DNA from: Verrucomicrobiota bacterium
GTDB taxonomy: Bacteria; Verrucomicrobiota; Verrucomicrobiia; Opitutales; Seribacteraceae
Length of the DNA: 64,000 bases
Direction of reading: 5' to 3'
Assembly (NCBI GenBank): GCA_027622665.1
Contig: JAQBYT010000003.1
Coordinates: 128,001-192,000 of the forward strand
Shown here: one piece after another, positions 10,200-20,073 of the stretch
Numbering within the stretch: position 1 is the stretch's first letter
How the letters are laid out: the number at the start of each line of letters is the position of its first letter
The notes under the pieces: generated by a model
What the model saw: only the letters and a program-made list of their open reading frames with translations
What the model was told of the DNA's origin: nothing
Databases searched by the model: none
Program-made: the position numbers and the translations under genes

Positions 10200-11270
10200 A
10201 TGAATGAAATCAGTCACATAGTTAAGGAGCACCTCAGCAGACTTGGCCCGCTAGACTATTTCACATTAGGCGTAAATTTCTTCATCTTGTTGTTTTCCAA
10301 GAAGTTCGCTAATCACTACGGAGGCATTAAGGACGAAAATCGAAGCCGAAGCCGCCTTCGAATTCTGCATTGCGGAAACTTCCTACTTTTTGCCACTTAT
10401 CTCGTGGCAGTCGTGTTTGAGTTTCGATTGGCGGTATCCTTCAGCCAAACTTTTCTCGTCATCCTTGCGAGCTATCTCCTGATTCATTTCGTCGAAGCAG
10501 TAATTCTGCAAAAATACGGGAAAACTCGTACCATCGAGGAGGTAACCCGAACGACTGAAACTCACACATCTCGGACGCTAGAACTCGTTGTTTGCGCCAT
10601 CATCTTCTGCATAGCCACGGTACTATTGATCAACATCTGGGGATTTGAGGACTGGCTTCAAACTACCAGCGTACTAGGTTTTCTCGCCCTTTTAGTGTTC
10701 GCGACCAAGGAATATTGGGCGGGCGATTTTCTCAGTGGCATAATCCTAATCGGGCAAGGACGAATCGAACGCGGCGACGTGTTGATCATCAAGGAAGAAG
10801 ACATTCGTGGAATCGTCCTTCAAATAAACGGACTTCAGACAATTATTCGAAATCTCGTAGATGGACACGACATAATTCTACCTAATTACAAATTAAGGCA
10901 ATCTCGAGTAGACGTACTCAAGACCGACTTGAGACGCGGCGTTCGTAATCACGTCGACTTCATGATTGGATACGGAAAGCCATCCGAGGACGTGAATGCC
11001 TTTCTTTTGGAGGTATGGGAAACCGCAGTTGCAAAAGGTCTGGTTCTGAAGGACGTCAGTTCCGACATTGCACTTAAAGAGTGTGGCGATCACGGCAACC
11101 GTTGGCGAATCAGCTATACCTTAAAGAGTCCGCACCGACTGATAGAGACCAAGAACCTCATCCGCAAGGCAGCTTATGACTTGCAGGAAAAGCACGACAT
11201 AGAACTGGCAACTCCGACCACCATTCGATTCCCTGACGGCCATTTCCCGAACGCGAATGAACAAGCATAG
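10200..11270 (+). CDS. Small-conductance mechanosensitive channel family protein (MscS-like)
   Basis: About 5 TM segments, DFLSGIILI...IERGDVLII...GIVLQINGLQT...IILPN, C-terminal IELATPT. Confidence 0.85.
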   Translation: MNEISHIVKEHLSRLGPLDYFTLGVNFFILLFSKKFANHYGGIKDENRSRSRLRILHCGNFLLFATYLVAVVFEFRLAVSFSQTFLVILASYLLIHFVEAVILQKYGKTRTIEEVTRTTETHTSRTLELVVCAIIFCIATVLLINIWGFEDWLQTTSVLGFLALLVFATKEYWAGDFLSGIILIGQGRIERGDVLIIKEEDIRGIVLQINGLQTIIRNLVDGHDIILPNYKLRQSRVDVLKTDLRRGVRNHVDFMIGYGKPSEDVNAFLLEVWETAVAKGLVLKDVSSDIALKECGDHGNRWRISYTLKSPHRLIETKNLIRKAAYDLQEKHDIELATPTTIRFPDGHFPNANEQA

Positions 11271-11655
11271 TCCGAAAACCCTACTGGAATCAGCGGCCGA
11301 AGCACGCAAAAATGCCCATTCGAAATATTCGAGATTCTCGGTAGGTTCGGCTCTGCTAACCGAAGACGGTTCGGTTTTCTTGGGTTGCAACGTCGAGAAC
11401 GCATCCTACGGACTCACCATTTGCGCAGAACGCGTTGCCTTGACATCTGCAGTCACCGCGGGGCACAAATCTTTTCAGGCCATAGCGATAGTGGCCGACG
11501 AATTGGCGGCGCCGTGCGGAGCATGCAGGCAAGTTTTAGCTGAATTCTGCAAGGATGATTTTCTCATTTACATTGCCTCGGCCAAAGACAGCGCATCGTT
11601 CGAGACTCACCTCATGGGAAAGCTTTTGCCTGAAAGGTTTCATTTCCATCCATAA
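11257..11655 (+). CDS. cdd: Cytidine deaminase (homotetrameric type)
   Basis: YSRFSVGSAL, GCNVENASYGLTICAER, PCGACRQ. Confidence 0.96.
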   Translation: MNKHSPKTLLESAAEARKNAHSKYSRFSVGSALLTEDGSVFLGCNVENASYGLTICAERVALTSAVTAGHKSFQAIAIVADELAAPCGACRQVLAEFCKDDFLIYIASAKDSASFETHLMGKLLPERFHFHP

Positions 11656-11659
11656 GGTC

Positions 11660-13237
11660 ATGACTTCCAAGACCCTTATCTTCATCCTTTTTATTTTAGC
11701 GGGCTCATGTTCCCTTTTCGGGAAAAGGCCAAACGTCCTGCTAATAATGTCGGACGACATGGGCTACTCCGACATCGGTTGCTTCGGAGGAGAAATCCTC
11801 ACCCCTCACCTCGATTCTCTATCTAAGGGAGGAATCCGCTTTACCAACTTCTACAGTGAGAACATGTGCTGGGTCTCTCGTGCTTCCATGCTGACCGGCG
11901 TCTATCACCGAACGTCCCTCAAGAACAGCACCCTTCACCCCCGCTGCCTACCCCTGCCCAAATCACTCCAAGCTAACGGATATGCAACCGGAATGATGGG
12001 CAAGTGGCATTTGGCGGGTAATTATACGAAAAACAACGGCGCCAACGCCGTCTACCCCGATCAGCGCGGTTTCGACCGTTTTTACGGAATTCTTGGTGGA
12101 GCCAACAGTTTCTTCGCCCCTTTCGGTTTACGCCGGGACCGCAAGTCAATCGACGACGAATTCATGAATGATCCGGATTATTACTTCACCGACGCGATTG
12201 GCAAGGAAGCCATCGCCTTTCTCAAGGAAACGCCAAAGGACAAACCCTTTTTCCTCTACTTGCCCTTCACCGCCGCCCACTGGCCGTTGCATGCGCCCGC
12301 TGGGGAAATCGAAAAGTACAAGGGGAAGTTCTCCGCCGGTTGGGACGAACTGCGTCGTAAGCGTCTCAAGCGGATGAAGGAGCTCGGGGTCATTGACCCG
12401 GGAGTCAAGCTCTCCCCCCGCCACCCCAACGTACCGGCATGGAAGGATGAGAAACACAAGACCTGGCAGGAGAGAAGGATGGAAGTCTACGCCGCTCAGG
12501 TCTCTATCATGGACAGAGTAATCGGACGAGTACTCGATCACTTGCGCAAATCCGGCCAACTGGACGACACTCTTACCTTCTTCACCATCGACAACGGGGG
12601 CTGCCACGTTGAATACGGGGCAAATAGGAAGGGAGACTACCTGCCGGAAAAGACGAGAGACGGAAGGCCCATGAAGCCAGGCAACCTGACGGATCTCATG
12701 CCGGGGCCTGAAATCACCTACCAAAGCTACGGTTACGGATGGGCGAACCTTTCAAACACTCCGCATCGACTTTTCAAGCAATACGATCACGAGGGAGGAA
12801 TCCACACACCGATGATTGCTCACTGGCCGAAAGGCATAGCGGGCAAAGGTAAAACTGTCGACACCCTCTCCCACCTCGTGGACTTGATGCCAACGATTCT
12901 CGACGCCACGAAGGTAAATCCACCTAACACATCCGGCGGCATGCCTCGCATCAAGTGGGATGGTCGATCGCTTTTGCCATCCCTTAAAGGAGAAAAGCAA
13001 CCAGATCCCCAGATACTATTCTTTCATCACGCCAAAGGACGCGCCCTTCGTTCAGGTAAATGGAAACTGGTCAGCAATCGCGACAAAGGGAAAAAAGCCA
13101 AATGGGAACTCTACGACCTCTCCACTGACCCTAACGAACTTCAAGACATTGCCGAGCAAAACCCAAAGCAAGTTCAGGCTCTAGCCAAAAATTGGGAAGA
13201 CAAAGAAAAAGAATTCGTTTCGAGAGGGAAAGACTGA
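11660..13237 (+). CDS. Arylsulfatase (S1 family), motif CWVSR
   Basis: RPNVLLIMSDDMGYSD, CWVSRASMLTG, GKWH, AAHWPLHA, DNGG, HEGGIHTP; start at MTSK (11660). Confidence 0.92.
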   Translation: MTSKTLIFILFILAGSCSLFGKRPNVLLIMSDDMGYSDIGCFGGEILTPHLDSLSKGGIRFTNFYSENMCWVSRASMLTGVYHRTSLKNSTLHPRCLPLPKSLQANGYATGMMGKWHLAGNYTKNNGANAVYPDQRGFDRFYGILGGANSFFAPFGLRRDRKSIDDEFMNDPDYYFTDAIGKEAIAFLKETPKDKPFFLYLPFTAAHWPLHAPAGEIEKYKGKFSAGWDELRRKRLKRMKELGVIDPGVKLSPRHPNVPAWKDEKHKTWQERRMEVYAAQVSIMDRVIGRVLDHLRKSGQLDDTLTFFTIDNGGCHVEYGANRKGDYLPEKTRDGRPMKPGNLTDLMPGPEITYQSYGYGWANLSNTPHRLFKQYDHEGGIHTPMIAHWPKGIAGKGKTVDTLSHLVDLMPTILDATKVNPPNTSGGMPRIKWDGRSLLPSLKGEKQPDPQILFFHHAKGRALRSGKWKLVSNRDKGKKAKWELYDLSTDPNELQDIAEQNPKQVQALAKNWEDKEKEFVSRGKD

Positions 13238-13321
13238 TCCTTGCCCCTAGAAATCCTTTGTGACGGCTCATTCCATTAGTGACTTAATGGCATTTCAAAC
13301 TAAGGTCGAGGTTCCATTCAA

Positions 13322-15751
13322 ATGAAGATTCCTCACCTACATCTTCCAATATTTCTGGCCTTTGGTTCGGTATTAACAAGTGCCACTGCTTACGGCGGAA
13401 ACGATTTCGAGCAATCAGTGAAACCCATACTGGCGAAGCGATGCTTTCGTTGCCACGGACCGGAGAAACAAAAGGGCAAGTTACGACTGGATCAATTGGA
13501 TCCCGACATGGTGAAAAGCAATGCCGCCGAGACTTGGCACGACGCCCTGAATCAATTGAACCTCGGAGAAATGCCCCCCGAGGATGAACCGCAACTCAGC
13601 CCAGAGGAACGGACCACGCTCACGCAGTGGCTTAACTTCGAATTGAAGCGGGCCGCCAAAGCCCTTCAACACACCGGCGGACAAGCCGTGCTTCGTCGAC
13701 TCAATCGGGCGGAGTACCAAAACACCATGACGGACCTGCTGGGTTTCGAGATGAATTACAGCGAGGATCTGCCGTCCGACGCCCGCTCCCCGGAAGGATT
13801 CAAGAACAACGGCGCCTCCTTGGGCATGACCGCGCTGCAAGTCGAAAACTATCTCAAGATCGCGCGGAAGGCCATGGACTTCGTCCTTATGGAGGGAGAG
13901 CAAGAGGAGAGAGAAATTACTGAGCTTGATCGAAACAAAGGGGCCATGAAAGGCCCCAACAGCAAGCGTTTCCCCGGCCTTTCTTCGGACCGCCTGGGGA
14001 GAGTGAACTTTTGGCACGGAGCCTTCAAGGATTTGCCGCGGACAGGTAAATTCAGCATTCGCGTGAAGGCCTACACGGACCGCAAGCCCGGTCAACCAGC
14101 CCCCATGCTCTTCGCTCAATATGGTTATTTCGTTCCGGGGCTAACCCTGAACATAATGGGCGACGCCGGAGAAATCACCATTATGTCGAATACTCCGGAA
14201 TATTATGAAATTTCCGGTTGGCCCGAGTGCTTCCCCCTGCCGGAGGCTCACGTGCCGAACGACAAGTTGAGCGGAATAATCGCGCTGCAAAACGCACTCG
14301 ACGACGGCAATCCGCCCCCCAAGGCCATCAACGAGGTAATCGAGGAAAAAGACAAGAAAGGAAAGATCAGAAAGAAGAAGGTCAAGGTCTACCCTGAGGA
14401 TCCTGATTTCCCACGCATCATCATCGAGTCTGTCGAGTTCGTCCGCAACGACTATCCGTCCTGGCCCCCGCCGCTGCACCGAAGAATCATTCACGATGGA
14501 GAGGAATTGTCAGATCCGCAAGCGATCGACAAAATACTGAACCGTTTTCTTCGGCGCGCTTGGCGACGACCGGTCAACGAGGACGAATCGAAAAGGTGGC
14601 TGGCCCACTTCGAGAGGATGCGGAAGCAGGCGGATTCTCCCATATCGGCTCTAAAGGAAACCCTGTCCGCCGCCTTGGCGTCCTCCCACTTCCTCTACCT
14701 CACCGAGCCTTTCAAGTCCGATAAATCCAGAAGACTCAATGCCCATGAGTTGGCCGCGCGCCTATCCTACTTCCTCTGGAGCTCGATGCCGGACGAGAAA
14801 CTGTTCGACTTGGCTGATTCCGGACGCTTACTCGACACCAAGGTGCTCGGCGAACAATTCAAGCGCATGCTCGCGGATGAAAAAGCCGATCGCTTCGCCG
14901 ATCAGTTCAGCATGCAATGGCTCGATCTCGAGGGAGTCGAAAGGGTGGCCATCAACCCCCAGTACTACAAGGACTTCGACAACCGCCTGAAGCCGGACAT
15001 GGTCGGCGAGACCCAAGCCTTCTTCAAGGCAATCCTCCGCAGCAACACCTCGGCCCTACAGTTTCTCGACGCCGACTTCACCATGCTGAACGCCACCTTG
15101 GCCAAGCACTACGGGTTGAGCGGGCCGAAGTCCCAGTTCTTCGAGCGGGTTTCCTTGAAAGACACGAATCGCCCGGGAGGCCTCCTCGGTCATGCCTCCA
15201 CCCACCTTGCCGGTTCGGACGGAGCGGATTCTCACCCGATCAAGCGAGCGGTCTGGATCAGGGAACATCTCCTGCACGATCCGCCCAATCCTCCGCCACC
15301 CGACATTCCCAGCTTGGAACAAAGCGTGCCTGAATTCGAGAAGCTTTCGGTACGGGAGCAGCTCGAAATCCATCGGGAAAAGGCGGCGTGCGCCGAATGC
15401 CACCGCAGCATCGATCCTTGGGGTATTGCCTTGGAACGGTTTGACGCCATCGGGTTATCCAGGGAAAAAACCGCCACCCAGAAAAAACCGGTGTCCAGTG
15501 ACACGGTACTGCCCGGCAACCACCCAATCGCCGGTTTGGCCGATCTCCAGAAGTATCTCCTTAACGAGAGACGCGATCAGTTCGCCCATGCCTTGGTCAC
15601 CAAACTGCTTATTTATGCTCTCGGCCGCGATGTCGAGTTGAAGGACCAGCCCTTGATCGAGGAATTAAGCAAGTCCTTCGCCCAGAACGATTATCGCTTG
15701 CCCGCCCTCATGGAGGATATTGTGCAGAGCCCACCCTTTTTGTCGCGATAA
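13322..15751 (+). CDS. DUF1592/DUF1588/DUF1587/DUF1585/DUF1595-type protein with planctomycete cytochrome c domain
   Basis: Signal peptide; CFRCHG...EMPP; LRRLNRAEYQNT; RRAWRRP; ELAARLSYFLWSSMPD; PIKRAVWI; CAECH; YALGR. Confidence 0.92.
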   Translation: MKIPHLHLPIFLAFGSVLTSATAYGGNDFEQSVKPILAKRCFRCHGPEKQKGKLRLDQLDPDMVKSNAAETWHDALNQLNLGEMPPEDEPQLSPEERTTLTQWLNFELKRAAKALQHTGGQAVLRRLNRAEYQNTMTDLLGFEMNYSEDLPSDARSPEGFKNNGASLGMTALQVENYLKIARKAMDFVLMEGEQEEREITELDRNKGAMKGPNSKRFPGLSSDRLGRVNFWHGAFKDLPRTGKFSIRVKAYTDRKPGQPAPMLFAQYGYFVPGLTLNIMGDAGEITIMSNTPEYYEISGWPECFPLPEAHVPNDKLSGIIALQNALDDGNPPPKAINEVIEEKDKKGKIRKKKVKVYPEDPDFPRIIIESVEFVRNDYPSWPPPLHRRIIHDGEELSDPQAIDKILNRFLRRAWRRPVNEDESKRWLAHFERMRKQADSPISALKETLSAALASSHFLYLTEPFKSDKSRRLNAHELAARLSYFLWSSMPDEKLFDLADSGRLLDTKVLGEQFKRMLADEKADRFADQFSMQWLDLEGVERVAINPQYYKDFDNRLKPDMVGETQAFFKAILRSNTSALQFLDADFTMLNATLAKHYGLSGPKSQFFERVSLKDTNRPGGLLGHASTHLAGSDGADSHPIKRAVWIREHLLHDPPNPPPPDIPSLEQSVPEFEKLSVREQLEIHREKAACAECHRSIDPWGIALERFDAIGLSREKTATQKKPVSSDTVLPGNHPIAGLADLQKYLLNERRDQFAHALVTKLLIYALGRDVELKDQPLIEELSKSFAQNDYRLPALMEDIVQSPPFLSR

Positions 15752-15796
15752 ATGCCAAAGTCTTTCATGTTTCAAGAGCAATTGTAAGAAAGACTC

Positions 15797-17137
15797 ATGC
15801 AGAACAAACCATTTCAGATGAATCGCAGAAACATGCTCAAGGCGGCAGGCATCTCCTTGGCCTTGCCTTGGATGGAGTCGTTCGCAGGGCCACGCGCCGC
15901 AGTTCCCCCGAAGCGGTTCTGTTCCATTTACTTTCCTTACGGCGTCAGCCTCCCCAACCAAGATGGCGAATACGGTCAATGGCACTGGTTCCCAAAGGGC
16001 GAAGGCAAGAATTTCACTTTCAACAAGTCGCTCGACCCCCTCGAACCGATGCGTGACCAAGTCACCGTGCTGGGCGGTCTTTCCCATCCCAAGGTAAGAA
16101 GAATCGGAGGTCACGACAGTGGCGACACTTTCCTCACCGGCGAGGAAATGAGCTTGGCCACGACCGGCTTGAAAAACTCCATTTCCTTGGACCAGTTCAT
16201 GGCGCGCTCACACAAGCTGGGAGCAAGCACCCGCTTCACCAGTTTGGTCCTTTCCTCGGATGGCGGTGTGGGTATGCCGACTCGGGCCAACACCCTCTCC
16301 TATGCCCGCAGTGGCCAACCCATACCTTCCCTGAACCGGCCCGCCTTTGTTTTCGAACGGCTTTTCGGTCTGAAAGGCGATTCCATCGACGCCCAAAGGA
16401 AAGGTTTCACCCGAACCGGCAGCCACCTCGACTTATTGCTCGACGAGGCCAAAAGCCTCCATCGGAAACTGGGCAAGACGGACCAAGGCAAGCTCGACCA
16501 GTACCTCACCTCGGTGCGTGAGATCGAGCAGGACGTCGAGCGCTCCGCCCAATGGCTTAACGTTCCGCGCCCCAAGGTGAATGCCGAGGGCTTGAGCCTA
16601 GATGCGGACAACGAGACCCCGGGCAAGCTGATTCATACGATGCTCGACTTAATCGCCCTCGCCTTTCAGACCGATTCGACCCGTTTCGTCACCTACCAGC
16701 TGGCTAGCATGCACGGAGCCATTTCCATCGCCAACAAGTTTCCTTCGCTTCTCGGGTTCCCCAAGGACGCCCATGGTCTGGCTCATGGAGCCGGCAAGGG
16801 TGCGGGGGCTGAGAATCGGGGTAAATGGGACCGCTACCAAACCGAATGCCTAGCCTACTTGATGAAGCGCTTGAGCGAAATGAAGGAAGGCGACGGCAGC
16901 GTGCTGGATAATACTTGCATCTTTTACGGCAGCAGCAACAGCAAGACCCACAACAACAACAATTATCCGCTGATCCTGGCCGGAGGAAAGAACCTCGGCT
17001 ACAAGCACGGACAGTACCTGAAATTCGGCAGCGAAGTGCCTCTGGCCAACTTGTTCGTCACGATGCAGAAGAGCTTGGGGGCAAAGGCCGATTCCTTTGC
17101 CGACAGCACGGGCGAACTGAAAGAAGTCCTCGCCTAG
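15797..17137 (+). CDS. DUF1552 domain protein (Tat-exported)
   Basis: NRRNMLKAAGISLALPWMES Tat-like leader, SISLDQ, VFERLF, KLDQYLTSVREIE, LAFQTDSTR, HNNNNYPLILAGG; typical partner of DUF1592 proteins. Confidence 0.92.
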   Translation: MQNKPFQMNRRNMLKAAGISLALPWMESFAGPRAAVPPKRFCSIYFPYGVSLPNQDGEYGQWHWFPKGEGKNFTFNKSLDPLEPMRDQVTVLGGLSHPKVRRIGGHDSGDTFLTGEEMSLATTGLKNSISLDQFMARSHKLGASTRFTSLVLSSDGGVGMPTRANTLSYARSGQPIPSLNRPAFVFERLFGLKGDSIDAQRKGFTRTGSHLDLLLDEAKSLHRKLGKTDQGKLDQYLTSVREIEQDVERSAQWLNVPRPKVNAEGLSLDADNETPGKLIHTMLDLIALAFQTDSTRFVTYQLASMHGAISIANKFPSLLGFPKDAHGLAHGAGKGAGAENRGKWDRYQTECLAYLMKRLSEMKEGDGSVLDNTCIFYGSSNSKTHNNNNYPLILAGGKNLGYKHGQYLKFGSEVPLANLFVTMQKSLGAKADSFADSTGELKEVLA

Positions 17138-20064
17138 TTTCCGGTGCTCTCCAGGTAGGCAAGGAGGTCAAGAACCTCCTGTTTGCTCAAGTTGTTCAGC
17201 AAGCCGGGAGGCATGATGGACAAATCAGAGCGCTTTCTCTCCAGCACTTCCGCCTTTGGTATTTTCTTCGTCTTGTCCGGCTGAAGCAGGTTCTCCGCTA
17301 GCAAGAGGTGGGGAGCTCGATAATCCAGAGTCGGTATGATTTGCCCGTTCAGAGTGCGGCCGCCGGTTAGTTCCAAGACGTCGCCCCGATAATTTTGGGC
17401 AATAGTTTCGGACGGCGAGACGATCGCTTGGAGCAAATCCTTTCGTCCCAGGCGGCTGGCCACACCCGAAAGGTCGGGACCAATGGGGAACCCCTCTCCT
17501 CGGAAACGATGGCAACGGCTGCACAAGGCCAAGCTGAACATATGCTTTCCTTTCTCCATCGAACGTGCCGTCGAGCGAGATTCGAGATCCTTGGAGAAAT
17601 CCGAGCTTTTCCAGTTTTGGACGAACTTTCGTCCAGTAAAGTCGGGCAGCGGAGGCATTTTTCTTTTGCTGCCGGCCAAGGCCTCGTAGGCTTTCCTTTC
17701 TCCCTCGGGCACATTGGCCAAGGCATCTTTCTTGATTCTGCCCAAGGTCCTCGGGAGACCGCGGCTGTCACCGACGTATCCCGTGGCTTCGCCTATCTTG
17801 CGAAAGTAGGCTTCGCGATCAGCTTTCGACCATCCTGCTTGGGCGTGCCGTAATTGATAGAGGTAATGCACCGTTTGAAGCGGGGCGTTGCAAGTTTGCA
17901 GCAAGGCAATGGTTTGGGTCACGGCTCGCTCCGGATCAAGCTGGATGAGAAGCGGGGCGAGGACCCAGTTGAGCTTGTCCGATTGGCTCGGGTAGAGAGA
18001 ACGCAGTTGGTCGAGAATGGCTTTTTGCGGTGGATTCTCCGCTTCGGGAAGGCAAATAGCATAGAGATTGGCCACTCGCAGGCAAAGATCCTCGTCTAGC
18101 CATTTCAAGTCCAGCTTGACCAGTCTAGACAGGATATCCGCTGATTGCTTGGAATCGGCATGGGCCAAGGCGGTCCAACTCGTCAGCAGAGTCAAGGGGT
18201 CCCCGTTTCCCGTCAAGGCGGCGTGCCGCCAGCGCTCCAAGGGTTGATGCTCGAGGGCGATGCGGGCAGCATAGCGAATGCGCGGGTCGGGACTGCCCAA
18301 ATGAACCCAAAGTGAGACCAACGTTCCGGCGGAACCATCACCGAGCAGGGTGTCCTCGATATCTTGGCTTGGCTTACCGTGGTGAAATTCCAGCTTACGG
18401 CGAAGGGATCTCGCTTTTGTAGACAGCTCGGACCGTGCCCTTTGTTGAGAGGTGGCGACTGGAGGTTTGTTCTTCGGGCCGACGTAACGAACCCGGTAAA
18501 GAGCGCTTTGCGTCCGGCGACCGCCGGTCACGAAACACATGGCCCCGTCCGGGCCGAAACCCAAGTCGGTGACGTTGAGGGGGCGGCCTCGCAAGAAGAC
18601 CTCGGCCACCCCAACGTAGCCCGCTCCGCGCTCGATCATATGGACGGCGAGAATGCGCCCGTAGGTCCAGTCCAGTACGTAGAGGGCTTCCTGGTGAGCC
18701 GAAGGGAAATTGCTTTGGTGCCCGAATTTCACGGAGGTGGGAGATCCCTTCCCGATGTGGACACTGGGTTGGGCGTTGTCGGGATGATCGGGATAGTATG
18801 GCGGCCAGCTTCCTGTGACTGCCCGCCAACCGAAATCGGCTCCGCTGGTCAGGTGCTTGACTTCGGTTGGACGGTACCAAGGCGTGCCCATGTCGTTTTC
18901 GGCATCGGCATCGTAGGTAAAGGCTTCGCCGTCCCGATTGAAGGCGATGCCGTATGGATTCCGCAGGCCACCGCAAAAGATTTCGATCCGCTTACCGTCC
19001 TTGTCCATTCGCAAGACGTGCCCCTCGTTCGGCCGGTAGGCCAAGCGGTTGCGGCGAAGGGGGGAGGTGCGGTTGGCAAGGTCGGCGGGAATACGGACGG
19101 AGTCGCCTTGTATGGCGTAGATCATTCCATCGGGACCCAAGGCCAGATCGTTGCGCCCGTGCCCCACCCCACCCTCCGACGCGTACAAGGATTTCACATC
19201 GTCGAACTTCCCGTTCCCGTTTGTGTCCCGCAGGCGATAAAGTGCCTTCGAGTTGTTGGCGTTGGCGTAGAGGGCGCCGTGAGCATAGAGCAAGCCGCGA
19301 CACTCCTTCAAAGTGTCCTCGATGATCTCCGCCCGGGTGATCTTCTTTCGGTCTTCCGAAAAACTGAACCGCAACAGGCCCTTGTCCTCTCGTCCGATGG
19401 TCACCCTGCCCTCTGGGTCGAATGCGAGGCTGACCCAGGAGCTCTCGTCCTTACCGGCCGAGCGCAACAGCTCGACCTCGTAGCCGGGCAAAGTGAAGAA
19501 GGTCGCGGGATCGGTGCCTTTCTCCGCGTAGGAAGCCTGCTTCCATTGGGTGTAGTCGTCGAGGGAGTCCAAGGTGAGAGTGGGCAGGTTCCACCAAGGT
19601 TCCGGAGAGAGGGAGCCGAAGGTATCCATGGTTCCAGTTTCTCCCTCGTTCCCAATGGTCGCCTGCCAGTTCTTGTCCGTGACCAAGGAACCTTTCTTGC
19701 CCTTGCCATCGGTCCAGTCCAACTGCAGGGCGACCGCGGGAGAGTCGTCCACCGAGACGGCCTTGAGCGAAAGCAGGTTCTCGCCTTTTTGCAGAAGCGA
19801 GGTTACTTTCTGGTCAATAAGGGACCCATTGGCGGGAACTTCGCCCACAAGTTGGTCGTTGAGGCGGATGGAGAGCGAGGCGAAGTCGGCGATGCCGCGA
19901 AGCCGAGCCGACGTGACGTGATCGGGTATCTCGACGCTTTGCCTAAATTCAACCCGTACCTTGGCCTGCCTGCCGTCCTTGACCCAAATCCACTCAGGGG
20001 CGGCTTGGGCGATGCTTGAGAAGCCTAAGTAAAGAAAGCAATAGAGCAGTCGAACAAAGTTCAT
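17134..20064 (-). CDS. PVC-type heme-binding beta-propeller/HEAT/cytochrome c protein
   Basis: Signal peptide, N-terminal WIW jelly-roll-like segment, DTNGNGKFD, GPDGMIY, GLRNPY, YDADAE, RYAARIALE, CSRCH...GPDLS...SIMPPGL. Confidence 0.88.
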   Translation of the reverse strand: MNFVRLLYCFLYLGFSSIAQAAPEWIWVKDGRQAKVRVEFRQSVEIPDHVTSARLRGIADFASLSIRLNDQLVGEVPANGSLIDQKVTSLLQKGENLLSLKAVSVDDSPAVALQLDWTDGKGKKGSLVTDKNWQATIGNEGETGTMDTFGSLSPEPWWNLPTLTLDSLDDYTQWKQASYAEKGTDPATFFTLPGYEVELLRSAGKDESSWVSLAFDPEGRVTIGREDKGLLRFSFSEDRKKITRAEIIEDTLKECRGLLYAHGALYANANNSKALYRLRDTNGNGKFDDVKSLYASEGGVGHGRNDLALGPDGMIYAIQGDSVRIPADLANRTSPLRRNRLAYRPNEGHVLRMDKDGKRIEIFCGGLRNPYGIAFNRDGEAFTYDADAENDMGTPWYRPTEVKHLTSGADFGWRAVTGSWPPYYPDHPDNAQPSVHIGKGSPTSVKFGHQSNFPSAHQEALYVLDWTYGRILAVHMIERGAGYVGVAEVFLRGRPLNVTDLGFGPDGAMCFVTGGRRTQSALYRVRYVGPKNKPPVATSQQRARSELSTKARSLRRKLEFHHGKPSQDIEDTLLGDGSAGTLVSLWVHLGSPDPRIRYAARIALEHQPLERWRHAALTGNGDPLTLLTSWTALAHADSKQSADILSRLVKLDLKWLDEDLCLRVANLYAICLPEAENPPQKAILDQLRSLYPSQSDKLNWVLAPLLIQLDPERAVTQTIALLQTCNAPLQTVHYLYQLRHAQAGWSKADREAYFRKIGEATGYVGDSRGLPRTLGRIKKDALANVPEGERKAYEALAGSKRKMPPLPDFTGRKFVQNWKSSDFSKDLESRSTARSMEKGKHMFSLALCSRCHRFRGEGFPIGPDLSGVASRLGRKDLLQAIVSPSETIAQNYRGDVLELTGGRTLNGQIIPTLDYRAPHLLLAENLLQPDKTKKIPKAEVLERKRSDLSIMPPGLLNNLSKQEVLDLLAYLESTGN

Positions 20065-20073
20065 GGCGTTGCT

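Noticed and set aside
18364..20019. 551-aa plus-strand ORF and similar long antisense ORFs (23323, 27607, 29962)
   Set aside because: Antisense shadows of GC-rich genes with no recognisable motifs
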